Positions 26,740-38,300 of a stretch of 64,000 bases of DNA are shown here, in pieces. Each line of letters starts with the position of its first letter. The stretch's first letter is position 1. Location: NCBI GenBank assembly GCA_028826165.1, contig JAPDFW010000002.1, positions 41,056 through 105,055 of the forward strand, in the 5' to 3' direction. Below the pieces are notes generated by a model that saw only the letters and a program-made list of their open reading frames with translations, did not search any database and was not told where the DNA came from. The stretch is from Anaeramoeba ignava BMAN. Its lineage: Eukaryota; Protista; Anaeramoebae. A program made the translations under genes and the position numbers.

Positions 26740-29700
26740 ATGGATTTTCAAAATTTACTTCAAAAAGCTCAAAATTTAAATTCTTTTCAAGAAAAATCAA
26801 TTCCAAAATTACAAAAACCAATTAATCAAGTAAATGTTCAATCAAGAAAAGAACCAATAGAAATAGAAATAGAAATAGAAACAGAAAAAGAAAAAGAAAC
26901 AGAATCAAAAATTATAACAGAAAAACCTAAATTAAATTCAAATAAAGTTCGAAATTTTCTTTCTAAAGCTGGTTTTGAATCTGATAAATTTATTCGAGAA
27001 TTATCAAAATTTCAATCAAAAAATATTAATCAAGAATTTAATTTAGATCCAATTATTCAAACAAAATCAGATTTAAATGTGCATTTTAAAAATATTCACG
27101 AAACAATAATCCTCAAATCTATTGAAGAAACAATACAAAAAACAATCTCAAAATCAAGTGAATATTGTTTTCAAACTGCACAAGATGAATGGGAAAGCAG
27201 TAAAAATTCTATACTTGAAAAGGAATTAAAATTAAATCAAATGGATTATTTCCAAGATTCCATTCAAAATTCGCAATCAAAAGATGTGGAAATTTTATTA
27301 TATTCTCCTGATTCTAATTTATCAAATGAAATGAGCAATATTCCTCCAAATTTAAACAAAGATCCAAATTTTTAGTCAAGCAATTATCAATTTGAATTTT
27401 TATAGAAACAAAAAACAACCTTATGGAATTATAAATGTATTTCAATCAGCTCAAAATCAACTATCCGCACTTTCAGATTTAAGTGAAAAGAAAATAATTG
27501 AATTGAATGATATTTGGGAATTATTAGCTTGTATTATTTCAGAAAAAGATGTTAAAGATGGGATTTTCCAAAACAAAACTCTTCAAGAACAACATTATTT
27601 AATAGATTATCAAGAAAAAAACTCAAACATCTCAAAAACATTTATTAGAGGAGCACTTGATTTCTTAGAAAGTCAATACACAAAATTTATTCGAAATCAA
27701 ATTCAAAAAAATCCAAGAAAGGCTAAAGTTGGAGGAGTTCCTGGAATAATATCTTTAATTTATGGATTTTTAAACATTCAATTTAAAACAAGTGAAGATC
27801 ATTGGCCTTCAAATTTTGTTGATTTTGTTGATGGAATTCCTGTTTGGCCAATAATATATTATCTTCTTAGATGTGGAGAGTTGGAATCAATTCTTAAATT
27901 TTTAATTGATATCAAAGATGTTGCTTCAAATGATGTTGTTCAATTTCTTGTTTATTTCAAAGAATATATTGAAAATGATGGAATGTAAAAAATATTTAAA
28001 AAAAAATATAAATAAAAATATAATTAAAAATATTTAAAAAATATAAATAGACTTTCAGAATATTTATGGACAAGACTATTTCATCAATATAGAAATATTG
28101 TTCACACTTGTGATGATCCTTATAAACAAATTGTTTTTAATATTATTGGGAAATGTGATATACATTCAATGACATCAATTTTGAATTCTTTAGAAGATTA
28201 TATTTGGTTTATGGTATTAAAAAAAAATCATTTGAATTATTTAAAAGAATTCATAATTTTAATTTCATAATTTTATTATAGTTGTTAATGATACAAGATG
28301 ATAAAAGTAATAGAACTGCTTTAAATGAAATTTTTACACTTGAAAAATTACAAGAAAATATTCTTGAATATGGAGAAAAACATTTTAATCCAACAGGAAA
28401 AAAACCTCTTCAATTTTTTAGAATTCTTTTATTATCTCAATTATTTGAATGTGCTGTTGCTTATCTTATTCAATATAGTGAATATTATTATGAAGCAGTT
28501 CATTTTGCTATTGCTTTATATTATTATGGAATATTGAACTATCTTCCTATTCAAAAAAAGGAAATTGGATATAAAAATATTCAGCAAACCAAAACAAATC
28601 CAAAACAGAAAATCAAGAAATTATGGAATTTAATTCAAGTCTCAATAGATAATGATTTTCTTGTTTTAAATCAAGAAAAAAACATCATTTCTTTTATGTT
28701 TAGCCAAATGATCAAATCTTATATTCACAGATTTTATCCCAAAGAGGATCATCTCGATATTTCACTTAATTACTTAAACATAATCCGTGACAAACAAGAC
28801 TTATATTATGCAGTAAAAGATTTAGTATTGGAAACTCATCAAATTGATTATATTTTTGGGAAAGTTGATGATGATCAAGATAACCGAGAAGAAGGAATTG
28901 TGTTTCAAATTTTCCAAAATTTAGAAATGGAAGAAATTCAGGAAATGATGAAAATTACTGCTATTCAATTTGAAGAAAATGGATTATATGAAGAGGCTAT
29001 TCGCATTTATGATTTTGCCAATTTTAATCAAAAAGCAATTGATTTATTAAATCAAAGATTAAGTAGAATAATTGGTGGTGATTCAAAAGAAAATGAAAGT
29101 TTAATAGAACTTGCTCAATCAATTAGAATAAGATATCAATCATCTTCTATTCTTTGGAATAATGTTAATCCTGAATCTTCAGAAAATTTTGTTATTTTAT
29201 TATATCTTATTGATTTCTTTTATCTTTATTCTATTGGAGAATTTGGAGAAGCTCTTTCTGTAAAAAATTTTTTTAATTTTAATTTTCAATTATCCAAAAA
29301 ACAATAATTTTTATTCCATTTTCAAATTTAAAAAAAATCAAAAAAAATTTTTATATATAGATTATTGAAAATTTAAAATTAGTTCCTTTTGATTCTTCTC
29401 AAATGAATGAATGTATGATAAGATTTGCAAGTTTGGGTAATTCTATTAAGAAAATATTTAGTCAAATTCTTCTTGTTTCAATGACAATTCTTTTTAAAAT
29501 ATTTGAAAGTAATCAAATTGAATTTACAAATGATTTATTTGATGGAGGACAAATTAGAGTAAGAAAATTATATTTAAAAATTATATTTTAAATTAATTTT
29601 CTAATTTAATTTTTTAATTTTTTTAGTATTTAAATGAATTAAAATCTAAAGCTTCAAATTTAATGAAATTTTGTGGAATAATTCCACTTAGAATTCCAGA

Positions 29701-29746
29701 AAATATAAATTCTAAACTTGTTAAAATGAGTGTTATGATGAAATAG
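26740..29746 (+). CDS. NUP93: Nucleoporin Nup93/Nic96
   Basis: N-terminus MDFQNLLQKAQNL; 'ALDFLESQY', 'AKVGGVPG', 'VDGIPVWPIIYYLLRCG', 'DPYKQIVFNIIGKCD', 'EDYIWF', 'EAVHFAIALYYYGIL', C-terminal 'LMKFCGIIPLRIP..SKLVKM'. Introns 27985-28050, 28214-28281, 29260-29360, 29559-29626; one frameshift at ~27355-27375. Confidence 0.92.
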
Positions 29747-29784
29747 AAAAGAAACAATCCAAAAATCTAAAAAAATAAAATTTT

Positions 29785-29830
29785 TCATTTTTCATTTTTC
29801 ATTTTTCATTTTTCATTTTTCATTTTTTCA
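29785..29830 (+). promoter_or_regulatory. Six tandem TCATTT(TT) heptamers, Inr-like core promoter upstream of ATG18
   Basis: TCATTT at 29785, 29792, 29799, 29806, 29813 and 29820; ATG at 29841. Confidence 0.5.
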
Positions 29831-29840
29831 ATAATAAATA

Positions 29841-32365
29841 ATGCAAAACAAAAAACCAGAAATTCTTTATTTATCTTTTAATCAATCATTTGAACTTTTA
29901 AATTGTGGTTTATCAATAGGTTTTTCAATTTTAGATTGTAATCCTGTAAAAACTAGATTTCTTCATGGTAAAAAAAAACTAAACAATTTTTAATAATAAA
30001 ATTATAAATTAAAATTTAAATTTAAAAAAAAGAATTTAATTTTAAAATTACAAATGTTGAAATTATTAATCAATCAAATCATGTTTTTATTGTTGGAGAT
30101 AATCAAAATGATTCAGAACAAAAAAAGAAGGTTTTTTTTATAATTTATTCCTTTTTAAAAATTATTTATAAACTTATATAAAAAAAATTTTTTATATTAT
30201 AAAATGTAGTTTTTTTTATGGGATAATTATCAATTACAAAAATTATTTGAAGTTGATCATCCTGATCCAATTAAAAAAATTAAATATTTAAATAAATACT
30301 TTTTTGTTATGACAAGCAAAAAAGCTTTTTTATATTCTATTGAAGGAGCAAAATTAATAAAATCAGTTGAAACAATTGAAAATAAAAAAGGAATAATTTC
30401 TGCAGCAAGAAAACCTGATTCAATAATATTTGCAATTCCTGGAAATTCAAAAGGATATGTTAGAGTTTTTAATTTTTCCAAAGAATCTCCTTTTGAAACA
30501 CATTTCCAGTATAATTTTAAAAATAAAAATAATAAAAATAATAATAATAAAAATAAAAATAATAATAATAATAAAAATAATAATAATAATAATAAAAATA
30601 ATAAAAATAAAGAGCTCATAATCATGAAATTGAATCAATTGAATTAAATTATGAAGGAACTCTTGTTGCAACAGCTTCTTCAGAAGTAAATTTTTTAATT
30701 TACAATTTACAATTTCAAAATTAAAATAAAAATCAAAATAAAAATAAAAAGGGAACATTAATAAGAGTTTTTGAAACTTCAAAAGGAGAACAAATTTCTC
30801 AATTTAGAAGAGGAAGAAAACAATCACAAATTTATTGTTTAGCTTTTTCTTTAGATAATAAATATTTAATTTCAGTTTCTTCTTCAAAAACTCTTCATGT
30901 TTTTAAATTACCAACTAAAGAAGATAAACAAAAAAAAGGGTTTTTTTCCACAATCTAATTATAAATATAAATCTAAATATAAATATAATTATAAATATAA
31001 ATATAAATATAATTATAAATATAAATATAAATATAAATATAAATATAAATATAAATATAAATATAAATATAAATATAAATATAAATCTAAATCTAAATAT
31101 AAAAATAAATATAAATATAAATATAAATATAAATATAAATCTAAATATAAATATAAATATAAATCCAAACATAAATCTAAACATAAATATAAATATAAAT
31201 ATAAATATAAATATAAATATAAATATAAATATAAATATAAATATAAATATAAATATAAATATAAATATAAATATAAATATAAATATAAATATAAAATATA
31301 AATATAAAAAAATAAATATAAACATAAATATAAAATAAAAATATATAAAATAATAAATATAAATATAAATATATAAAATATAAATATAAATATAAATATT
31401 ATAAATATAAATATAAATATAAATATAAATATAAATATAAATATAAATATAAATATAAATATCAATATAAATATAAATATAAATATAAATATAAAATATA
31501 AATAAAATATATAAATATAAATATAAATATAAATATAAATATAAATATAAATATAAATATAAATATAAATATAAATATAAATATAAATATAAATATAAAT
31601 ATAAATATAAATATAAATATAAATATTATAAATATAATTATAAATATAATTATAAATATAAATATAAATATAAATATAAATATAAATATAAATATAAATA
31701 TAAATATAAATATAAATATAAATATAAATATAAATATAAATATAAATATAAATATAAATATAAATATAAATATAAATATAAATATAATTATAAATATAAA
31801 TATAAATATAAATATAAATATAAATATAAATATAAATCTAATTTCAATTATTTTATTGTTGTTTTTTTGTTTAAATTTAATTAGATTTTCTTTAAAATCT
31901 TTTTATGATATGAATTCAGAAAGAAGTTTTGTTTCTATAAAATTAGATACATCAAAATATTCTATTTGTGCATTTGATCCAAAAGATCAAGATATAATTA
32001 ATAGTAAAAATAATTTTTGAATTGAATATTTAATTTGTTTAATTTGTTTAATTTATTTAATTTATTTAATTTATTTAGTTGCTTGTATTAATGGAATTTT
32101 TACAAAATTTAGAATTGATTTTAAAGAAAAAACTTTAAAAAAAATTACTTCAATTAATTTTCTTCTTGATCAAAAATTTGAATTTAATGAAAAATTATTT
32201 GAAACAAAATCAAAATCAAAATCAAAATCTATTTCTATTTCTATTTCTAATTCAAATTCAAATTCTAAATCAAATTCTAATTCTAATTCTAAATCAAAAT
32301 CTAATTCTAATTCAAATTCTGATGCAAAATATTCTGATACTGATTCTGATTTTGATTTTATTTAA
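29841..32365 (+). CDS. ATG18: PROPPIN family WD40 phosphoinositide-binding autophagy protein (ATG18/WIPI/WDR45-like), 7 exons, largely missed by the ORF track
   Basis: Spliced product contains 'ILYLSFNQ', 'AIPGNSKGYVRV', 'QAHNHEIESIELNYEGTLVATASSE|GTLIRVF', the FRRG lipid-binding motif and 'SSSKTLHVFKL'. Introns 29968-30032, 30131-30209, 30509-30612, 30686-30751, 30940-31884 and 32004-32078 all keep the frame. Subfamily not resolved. Confidence 0.9.
30940..31884 (+). repeat. 945-nt intron filled with (ATAAAT)n hexamer microsatellite
   Basis: GTTTTT..TAG, phase 2 (GG+A, Gly); same sense-strand hexamer as intron 5573-6887. Confidence 0.85.
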
Positions 32366-32510
32366 AAAGTGGAAGAAAAATTGTTTTATTTCTTTTTGAT
32401 TTCTTTTTTTTTTATTTTGTTTTCTGGCAGATCTTATTTTTATTTTTATTTTTTTTTGATTAAATTTTTTCTTTTTATTTTTCTTTTTTTTTAAATAATA
32501 AATAATAAAA

Positions 32511-32957
32511 ATGAATTCTTTAAATCAAAATAATAAATCCACTTTTGAATCCACTTTTTCTCTTCTTGAAGAAATTAATTTTAAACAAAATGAAGAATTT
32601 GAAAAAACAAAAACAAATTTATTTTTAATTGAAAAAGAAATTATTTCTTTTGAAAAAAAATATTTAAAAAAGAAAGAAGAAAATGAAAAAAATTTAATTC
32701 AAATTTCCAAAATAAAAACTCAAATTCAAATTATTAATGAAATTGATTCAAAAATTAAAAAAGAAATTAAAGAAAATGAATTAAAAATTAAAGAATTAAA
32801 AAAAGAAAAATTAAAAATAAAAGAAGAAATTAATCAAATGAGGAAAAAATTTATAATTGAAGTTGAAGAAATGAATTTAGGAATTGAAAAGAAGTTAATT
32901 GAAAAAAAGAATTTAATTGAAAGAAAAATTAAATTGAAAGAAAAATTAAATTTTTAA
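32511..32957 (+). CDS. Small K/E-rich coiled-coil protein, function unknown (faint resemblance to CCDC172-like proteins)
   Basis: 148-aa intronless ORF with A-rich start context (AAAAATG) and heptad-like pattern; stop is 44 nt from the convergent TMEM62 stop. Confidence 0.6.
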   Translation: MNSLNQNNKSTFESTFSLLEEINFKQNEEFEKTKTNLFLIEKEIISFEKKYLKKKEENEKNLIQISKIKTQIQIINEIDSKIKKEIKENELKIKELKKEKLKIKEEINQMRKKFIIEVEEMNLGIEKKLIEKKNLIERKIKLKEKLNF

Positions 32958-33001
32958 ATTGAAATTTATAAATGAATTTGAATTTGAAATTTGAAATTTT
33001 G

Positions 33002-35122
33002 TTAATCAGATTTTGATTTAGAAAAATAAATTTTTAAAAGAGAACGAAAATCTAAAATTAAACACAATAAAGAGCTCCAAAATAAAGAAAAAGAAGTTAA
33101 AACACCAATAATCAAGTATCCTTGATAATAAACAAATGTAAAAATCATTAAAGACATAATTATTGAAAAGAACGAAACCAAAAGAAGAAAAAGACTAATC
33201 CATTTATACAATTTGTTTTTCTTTTGGATTAAATGATATAAACTAGCAAATGCTTGTGTATTAATTGATGGGAAATAAGCAAAAGATAAAAACACAAGAG
33301 CATGATAAGCAGGTAAAGAATAAGAAATAAAATGTGAATCAATATAACAACCCCATAAAAATGCAATTCCAAAATCTTCACCAATCATTTTGCCAATTGA
33401 AACAGGTCCAAATAAAAGGAAAATTCCTGACAAAAAATTGAAAATGAAATCTTTAAATGGAATTAATGAATATTTCCAGATATTGAAAATTAAATGATTA
33501 AAAGGAAGTAACAAATAAGATTTAAATGATGGTTTCTCGAAAATTGTTTGGCTCATTTTCTGATTAAATTTATCATAAATTTGTATTTTTTTCAAAATAA
33601 ACTTGACAATTTGAGGAACAAGTCCCAATCCCACAACAAAAAGAAAAAAGAAAAAAAGCAACAAACTCCAAATGAATTGATACAATTCAAGTTTTTGTGC
33701 AGCATTCCAATATGTTGGCTTTATTTGTTTAACTGTTCCATCAATTGAAAAAGAGTGAGATTTTTCTGCAATAATTTCGCCATTTGAATTTTTAACAACA
33801 ATATTTAAATTATGAAGTCCTTTATCACAACATAATTGAGGATCCCATTTAGTTACAAATAAAGGATGATTTTTTTCCACTTGTTTCATTTCTAAAGGAT
33901 TTTTTTTCCCATCGATATAACAAGAAACTGAGGCAACATTATCCCAATTATTAGGAAAAATCAAAACGCGAATATATTGACTTTTTTTGATTAAATTTAA
34001 TGGTTCATTATAAGTAATGAATCGAGCGTTTTTTGGGTTTGTAACAACTATAAGAGCTTTTTGTTTAGGTTTTTTCTCGTTTGATTTTTGAGATGTAATT
34101 GATTGTGAGCTAAAATCAATATCATTTATATCGAAATCTTCAAAACTGAAAACATCATTATCAATTGCAAAAATTCTAAAATTGCTTTTTTTTTTAAGAT
34201 CGCCAACTTCAAGTTCTAATGTTTCTTTTGAGTTTTGATTTTTAGAAAGTCTTGAATACATTCCTTTCTGGTGAATATGACCATTTAATAAAGCCAAAAT
34301 GGAGTATTTTGATGAGAGATGACGAATAGAATTATTCTGAGCATTTAATGGGAATTGTAAGAATTCTTTTGGGTAATATTGATGAAGAAAAGTTGGATGA
34401 TGCATGAAAAGAATTGTTTGATTAGCTTGAGTTTGATTCAAAAAACTTTCGAGTTTTTGCAACATAGATTCACTAACAAAGGAAAAAAAACCGATTGGGG
34501 AAGAAATATGAGGATAAGGATTGAAATCCAAAGAAATAAATTGATATTGACCGAAATCAAAAGAGAATAAAAACTGATTGACAGGATTTCTTTGTGTTTG
34601 ATTAAGATATTCAGTTAAAGAAGAATAACGATAATAGAAATTATTTGGATCGTATAAATCATATATTGCTGAACTATCATGATTTCCTCGAATATCCAAC
34701 CATTTTTGAGGAGATGATAAATTATATTTTTCAAGAATATTCTTATAAATTATCCATTCTTCAATGTTTTGTTGATTTTTATAACGTAGATTACTTGTAG
34801 ATTTTGCATCAGTTATATCTCCAGTGTGAATTACAAAAGAAGGGTTTATTTTGGGAATAAATTCTGAAACAAAATATTCAAATTTCTCAATTGTTTCTGG
34901 ATGAAATTTGTTTAAATGTGTGTCTGAAATGTGAATAAACCAAAATAATTTTTCTGTTTTATTATCAAATCCTGTTTCATTTTTTATATTTGATTTATAT
35001 TCTAAATTTTCTAAATCTATTTTTTTAATTGTTGTTAATGTTGGATATATAAATATTATAAGAAAAGTTATTGTAAAAGCAAAGCAAGAACAAAAATCTC
35101 TAAGAAATAAATAAACAACCAT
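33002..35122 (-). CDS. TMEM62: TMEM62-like calcineurin-type metallophosphoesterase with C-terminal transmembrane domain
   Basis: 'WFIHISDTHL', 'HTGDITD', 'WLDIRGNHD', 'FMHHP', 'LNGHIH', 'LELEVGD..FRIFAIDNDVFSF', 'VVTNPKNA', followed by ~6 TM helices; intronless. Confidence 0.88.
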   Translation of the reverse strand: MVVYLFLRDFCSCFAFTITFLIIFIYPTLTTIKKIDLENLEYKSNIKNETGFDNKTEKLFWFIHISDTHLNKFHPETIEKFEYFVSEFIPKINPSFVIHTGDITDAKSTSNLRYKNQQNIEEWIIYKNILEKYNLSSPQKWLDIRGNHDSSAIYDLYDPNNFYYRYSSLTEYLNQTQRNPVNQFLFSFDFGQYQFISLDFNPYPHISSPIGFFSFVSESMLQKLESFLNQTQANQTILFMHHPTFLHQYYPKEFLQFPLNAQNNSIRHLSSKYSILALLNGHIHQKGMYSRLSKNQNSKETLELEVGDLKKKSNFRIFAIDNDVFSFEDFDINDIDFSSQSITSQKSNEKKPKQKALIVVTNPKNARFITYNEPLNLIKKSQYIRVLIFPNNWDNVASVSCYIDGKKNPLEMKQVEKNHPLFVTKWDPQLCCDKGLHNLNIVVKNSNGEIIAEKSHSFSIDGTVKQIKPTYWNAAQKLELYQFIWSLLLFFFFLFVVGLGLVPQIVKFILKKIQIYDKFNQKMSQTIFEKPSFKSYLLLPFNHLIFNIWKYSLIPFKDFIFNFLSGIFLLFGPVSIGKMIGEDFGIAFLWGCYIDSHFISYSLPAYHALVFLSFAYFPSINTQAFASLYHLIQKKNKLYKWISLFLLLVSFFSIIMSLMIFTFVYYQGYLIIGVLTSFSLFWSSLLCLILDFRSLLKIYFSKSKSD

Positions 35123-35358
35123 TTTTTTTATATTTATTTTTATTATTAAATTTTAAATTAAAAAAAAATGAAAAATAAAAAAATTAAAAAAATTTTTTTT
35201 TAGTTCCAACTTTAATAAAATAAAAAAATTAAATTAAAATAAATAAAAATCATTTTTTTTCTTTTTTCTTTTAATTTCTTTTATTCTTTTTATTATTCTT
35301 TTTATTCAATTTTAACGGAAAAAAAAATATTTTTTTAAATAATAATAAAAAATAAAAA

Positions 35359-38300
35359 ATGACAGAAGTTTCAAGTGTTTTAAGTGTTAATCTAAATATA
35401 ATGTCTTATGTTACATTTATTGCTGTTGCTTTTGCTGCAATATTTCAATTTATTTATCTTATTTTTAGAATGTCACAAAGACATCCTAAATGTAAAAAAT
35501 TAAAATTATAATTAAAATTAAGAACAACAATTATAATCTAAATTAAAATTAAGAACAACAATTAATCTAAATTAAAATTAAGAACAACAATTAAAATTAA
35601 AATTAAAATTCATTTATAAAATTAAAATTAAAATTAAAATTAAAATTAAAATTAAAATTAAAATTAAAATTATAATTAAAATTAAGAACAACAATTATAA
35701 TCTAAATCAAAATTAAATTTAAAATTCATTTATAAAATTAAAATTAAAATTCAAATTAAAATTAAAATTAAAATTAAAATTAAAATTATAATCAAAATTA
35801 AAATTAAAATTAAAATTAAAATTAAAATTAAAATTAAAATTAAAATTAAAATTCAGAACAACAATTATAATCTAAATTAAAATTAAAATTAAAATTAAAA
35901 TTAAAATTAAAATTAAAATTAAAATTAAAATTAAAATTAAAATTAAAATTAAAATTAAAATTAAAATTAAAATTTAAATTAAAATTAAAATTAAGAACAA
36001 CAATTATAATCTAAATTAAAATTAAAATTAAAATTAAAATTAAAATTAAAATTAAAATTAAAATTAAAATTAAAATTAAAATTAAAATTAAAATTAAAAT
36101 TAAAATTAAAATTAAAATTAAAATTAAAATTAAAATTAAAATTAAAATTAAAATTAAATTAAAATTAAAATTAAAATTAAAATTAAAATTAAAATTAAAA
36201 TTAAAATTAAAATTAAAATTAAAATTAAAATTAAAATTAAAATTAAAATTAAAATTAAAATTAAAATTAAAATTAAAATTAAAATTATAATTAAAATTGA
36301 AATTAAAATTAAAATTAAAATTAAAATTATTAAAATTAAAATTTAAAATTTAAAATTTAAAATTAATATCAAAAAAGTATTGGCATTAAGTTTCCTTGCT
36401 TTGGGTTGGTATTATTGTTACTCTATGATATCTCTTGTTGTAAATTTTAAACCAAATGGAAAACTTGAAACAGCAATGAGAGGAAGTTTTGTTTTTGCAG
36501 CAGTTCTTATGGGATCAGGACCTTTTTTACTTTTAACACCAATAAAAACAGTTGTTTCAAACATTCAAAATATTGTCAAACAACAAGAAATTGGATCATC
36601 AAAAAATCAAATCAATCCTTTAAAATTTTTATTCTTCTTTTTGTGTTTAATTGGTTCTTTTTTTACAGAATACAGTTTAATAAGAACATTATTTTCAATA
36701 TTGGATGTAAATTGAAAAATTAAATCAGAAAACAAAAAGAAAAAAAATTTTAAATTGAAAAACAAAAATAAAAACAATTTTTTTTAATGATTTAATAATT
36801 TAGCTTGATATAAGATTTGCAATTGGAATTGTAGTTGGATTTGCTTTATTAGCAAGTGTTTTTTTACTTGCGTTTTTTTCAGTTTTAATTGAACAAGAAA
36901 TTGTTATTAAAGGAGTTAATATGATGGAAAGTTTAAGAAGAAGTATAATTATCAAAAGAAAAAACATAATGAATAGTAGAGTATATGCATGGTTTTACAT
37001 AATTTTATTCATCTGCGCAATAGTTGGCGTTGGTGTTTTGATTGGAATTGTGATCAAAAATGAAAATGATTTAATCAACGATAAAGATTCAAGCAAAAAA
37101 CCTACAGAATCATTATCTTATATGTTTTTTATTTGGAATTCATTAGTTACTGTTTGGATTGCATTTTTAATTTTTGGTGTTTTTATTCATCCAATCAAAA
37201 TCGAACTTGTGGAAACTGATATTGGATTGGTTTCTTTATCGGATATAAGATATTTTGCTGTTGCAAGATCTTTTGATAGGACTATTTTGCTTACATTTTC
37301 TAAAGCACCAAATGATTATTCAAAAAATGAAATTGAATCTCAAATTAAATATTTAGTTAAAAAATCCTCGATTGAAGATGGATATACAAACAAAATCAAT
37401 TTCTCTGATGGAGAAATATTCCAATTAAATGATCATAAATGCATGTTTTTTCTTGCTGTTCAATTTTATTATCAAGAAGATTTAGCCTTTTTATTCTTGA
37501 AAAAAATGAAAAAATATGTTGGTAATAAATATTATCATGAATTTGCAAATCCATTAAATGGAGAATTTGAGGAAATCAATAGTGGGTTTTATTTATATTC
37601 TTATGATTCTTGGTCTGAAGAATCAAAACCTTTTATTAATTTGATGGTTCAAACATTTGGTAATGAGGATTGTAGATATTTATTACTTGAAGAAGCAAAA
37701 AGAATTAAAAAAATGGAACAAGAATCACAAAATTGGAATTCAAATGAAATTCAAAAGGAAAATATTTCAAGAACACTTTCAACAATTAAATATCTAAATG
37801 ATGAAATTGGAACTCTTTTGTTGGATCGTTTATTATTTGAAGAATCACAATCACAATCAGAAATTGATATTGATTCAGAAAAAAAGAAAAAGAAAAAGAA
37901 AAAAGAAAACAAAGAAAATGAAAACAAAGAAAATGAAAACAAAGAAAATGAAAACAAAGAAAATGAAAACAAAGAAAATGAAAACAAAGAAAATGAAAAA
38001 AATTCAAATCAATTCATCTCTATAAAAGAAATGATAAAAAATGATATAAATAGTTACTATAAATTGATTAAGGAAAAGAAAATTTATCTTTCTTATAAAA
38101 AATATCCAGAAGTTGAAAACCCTATTTTTTTCATTCAAGGAAGAAATTCTGGATATGATCTTCCAATTCCAAAATTTGAAGTTATGACAGAAGAAGAAAT
38201 GAAAAAAACACAACATCCTTTCAAAATTCAAACCAAAAAGAAGTTTTTGAAATTACATTCAAAACAACAATGGATTCAAAAGGATATTTCAGAATTACTT

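Noticed and set aside
13493-32365. Functional autophagy cluster (BEACH next to ATG18)
   Set aside because: They are separated by NUP93, and adjacency in a gene-dense eukaryote is not evidence of co-regulation.
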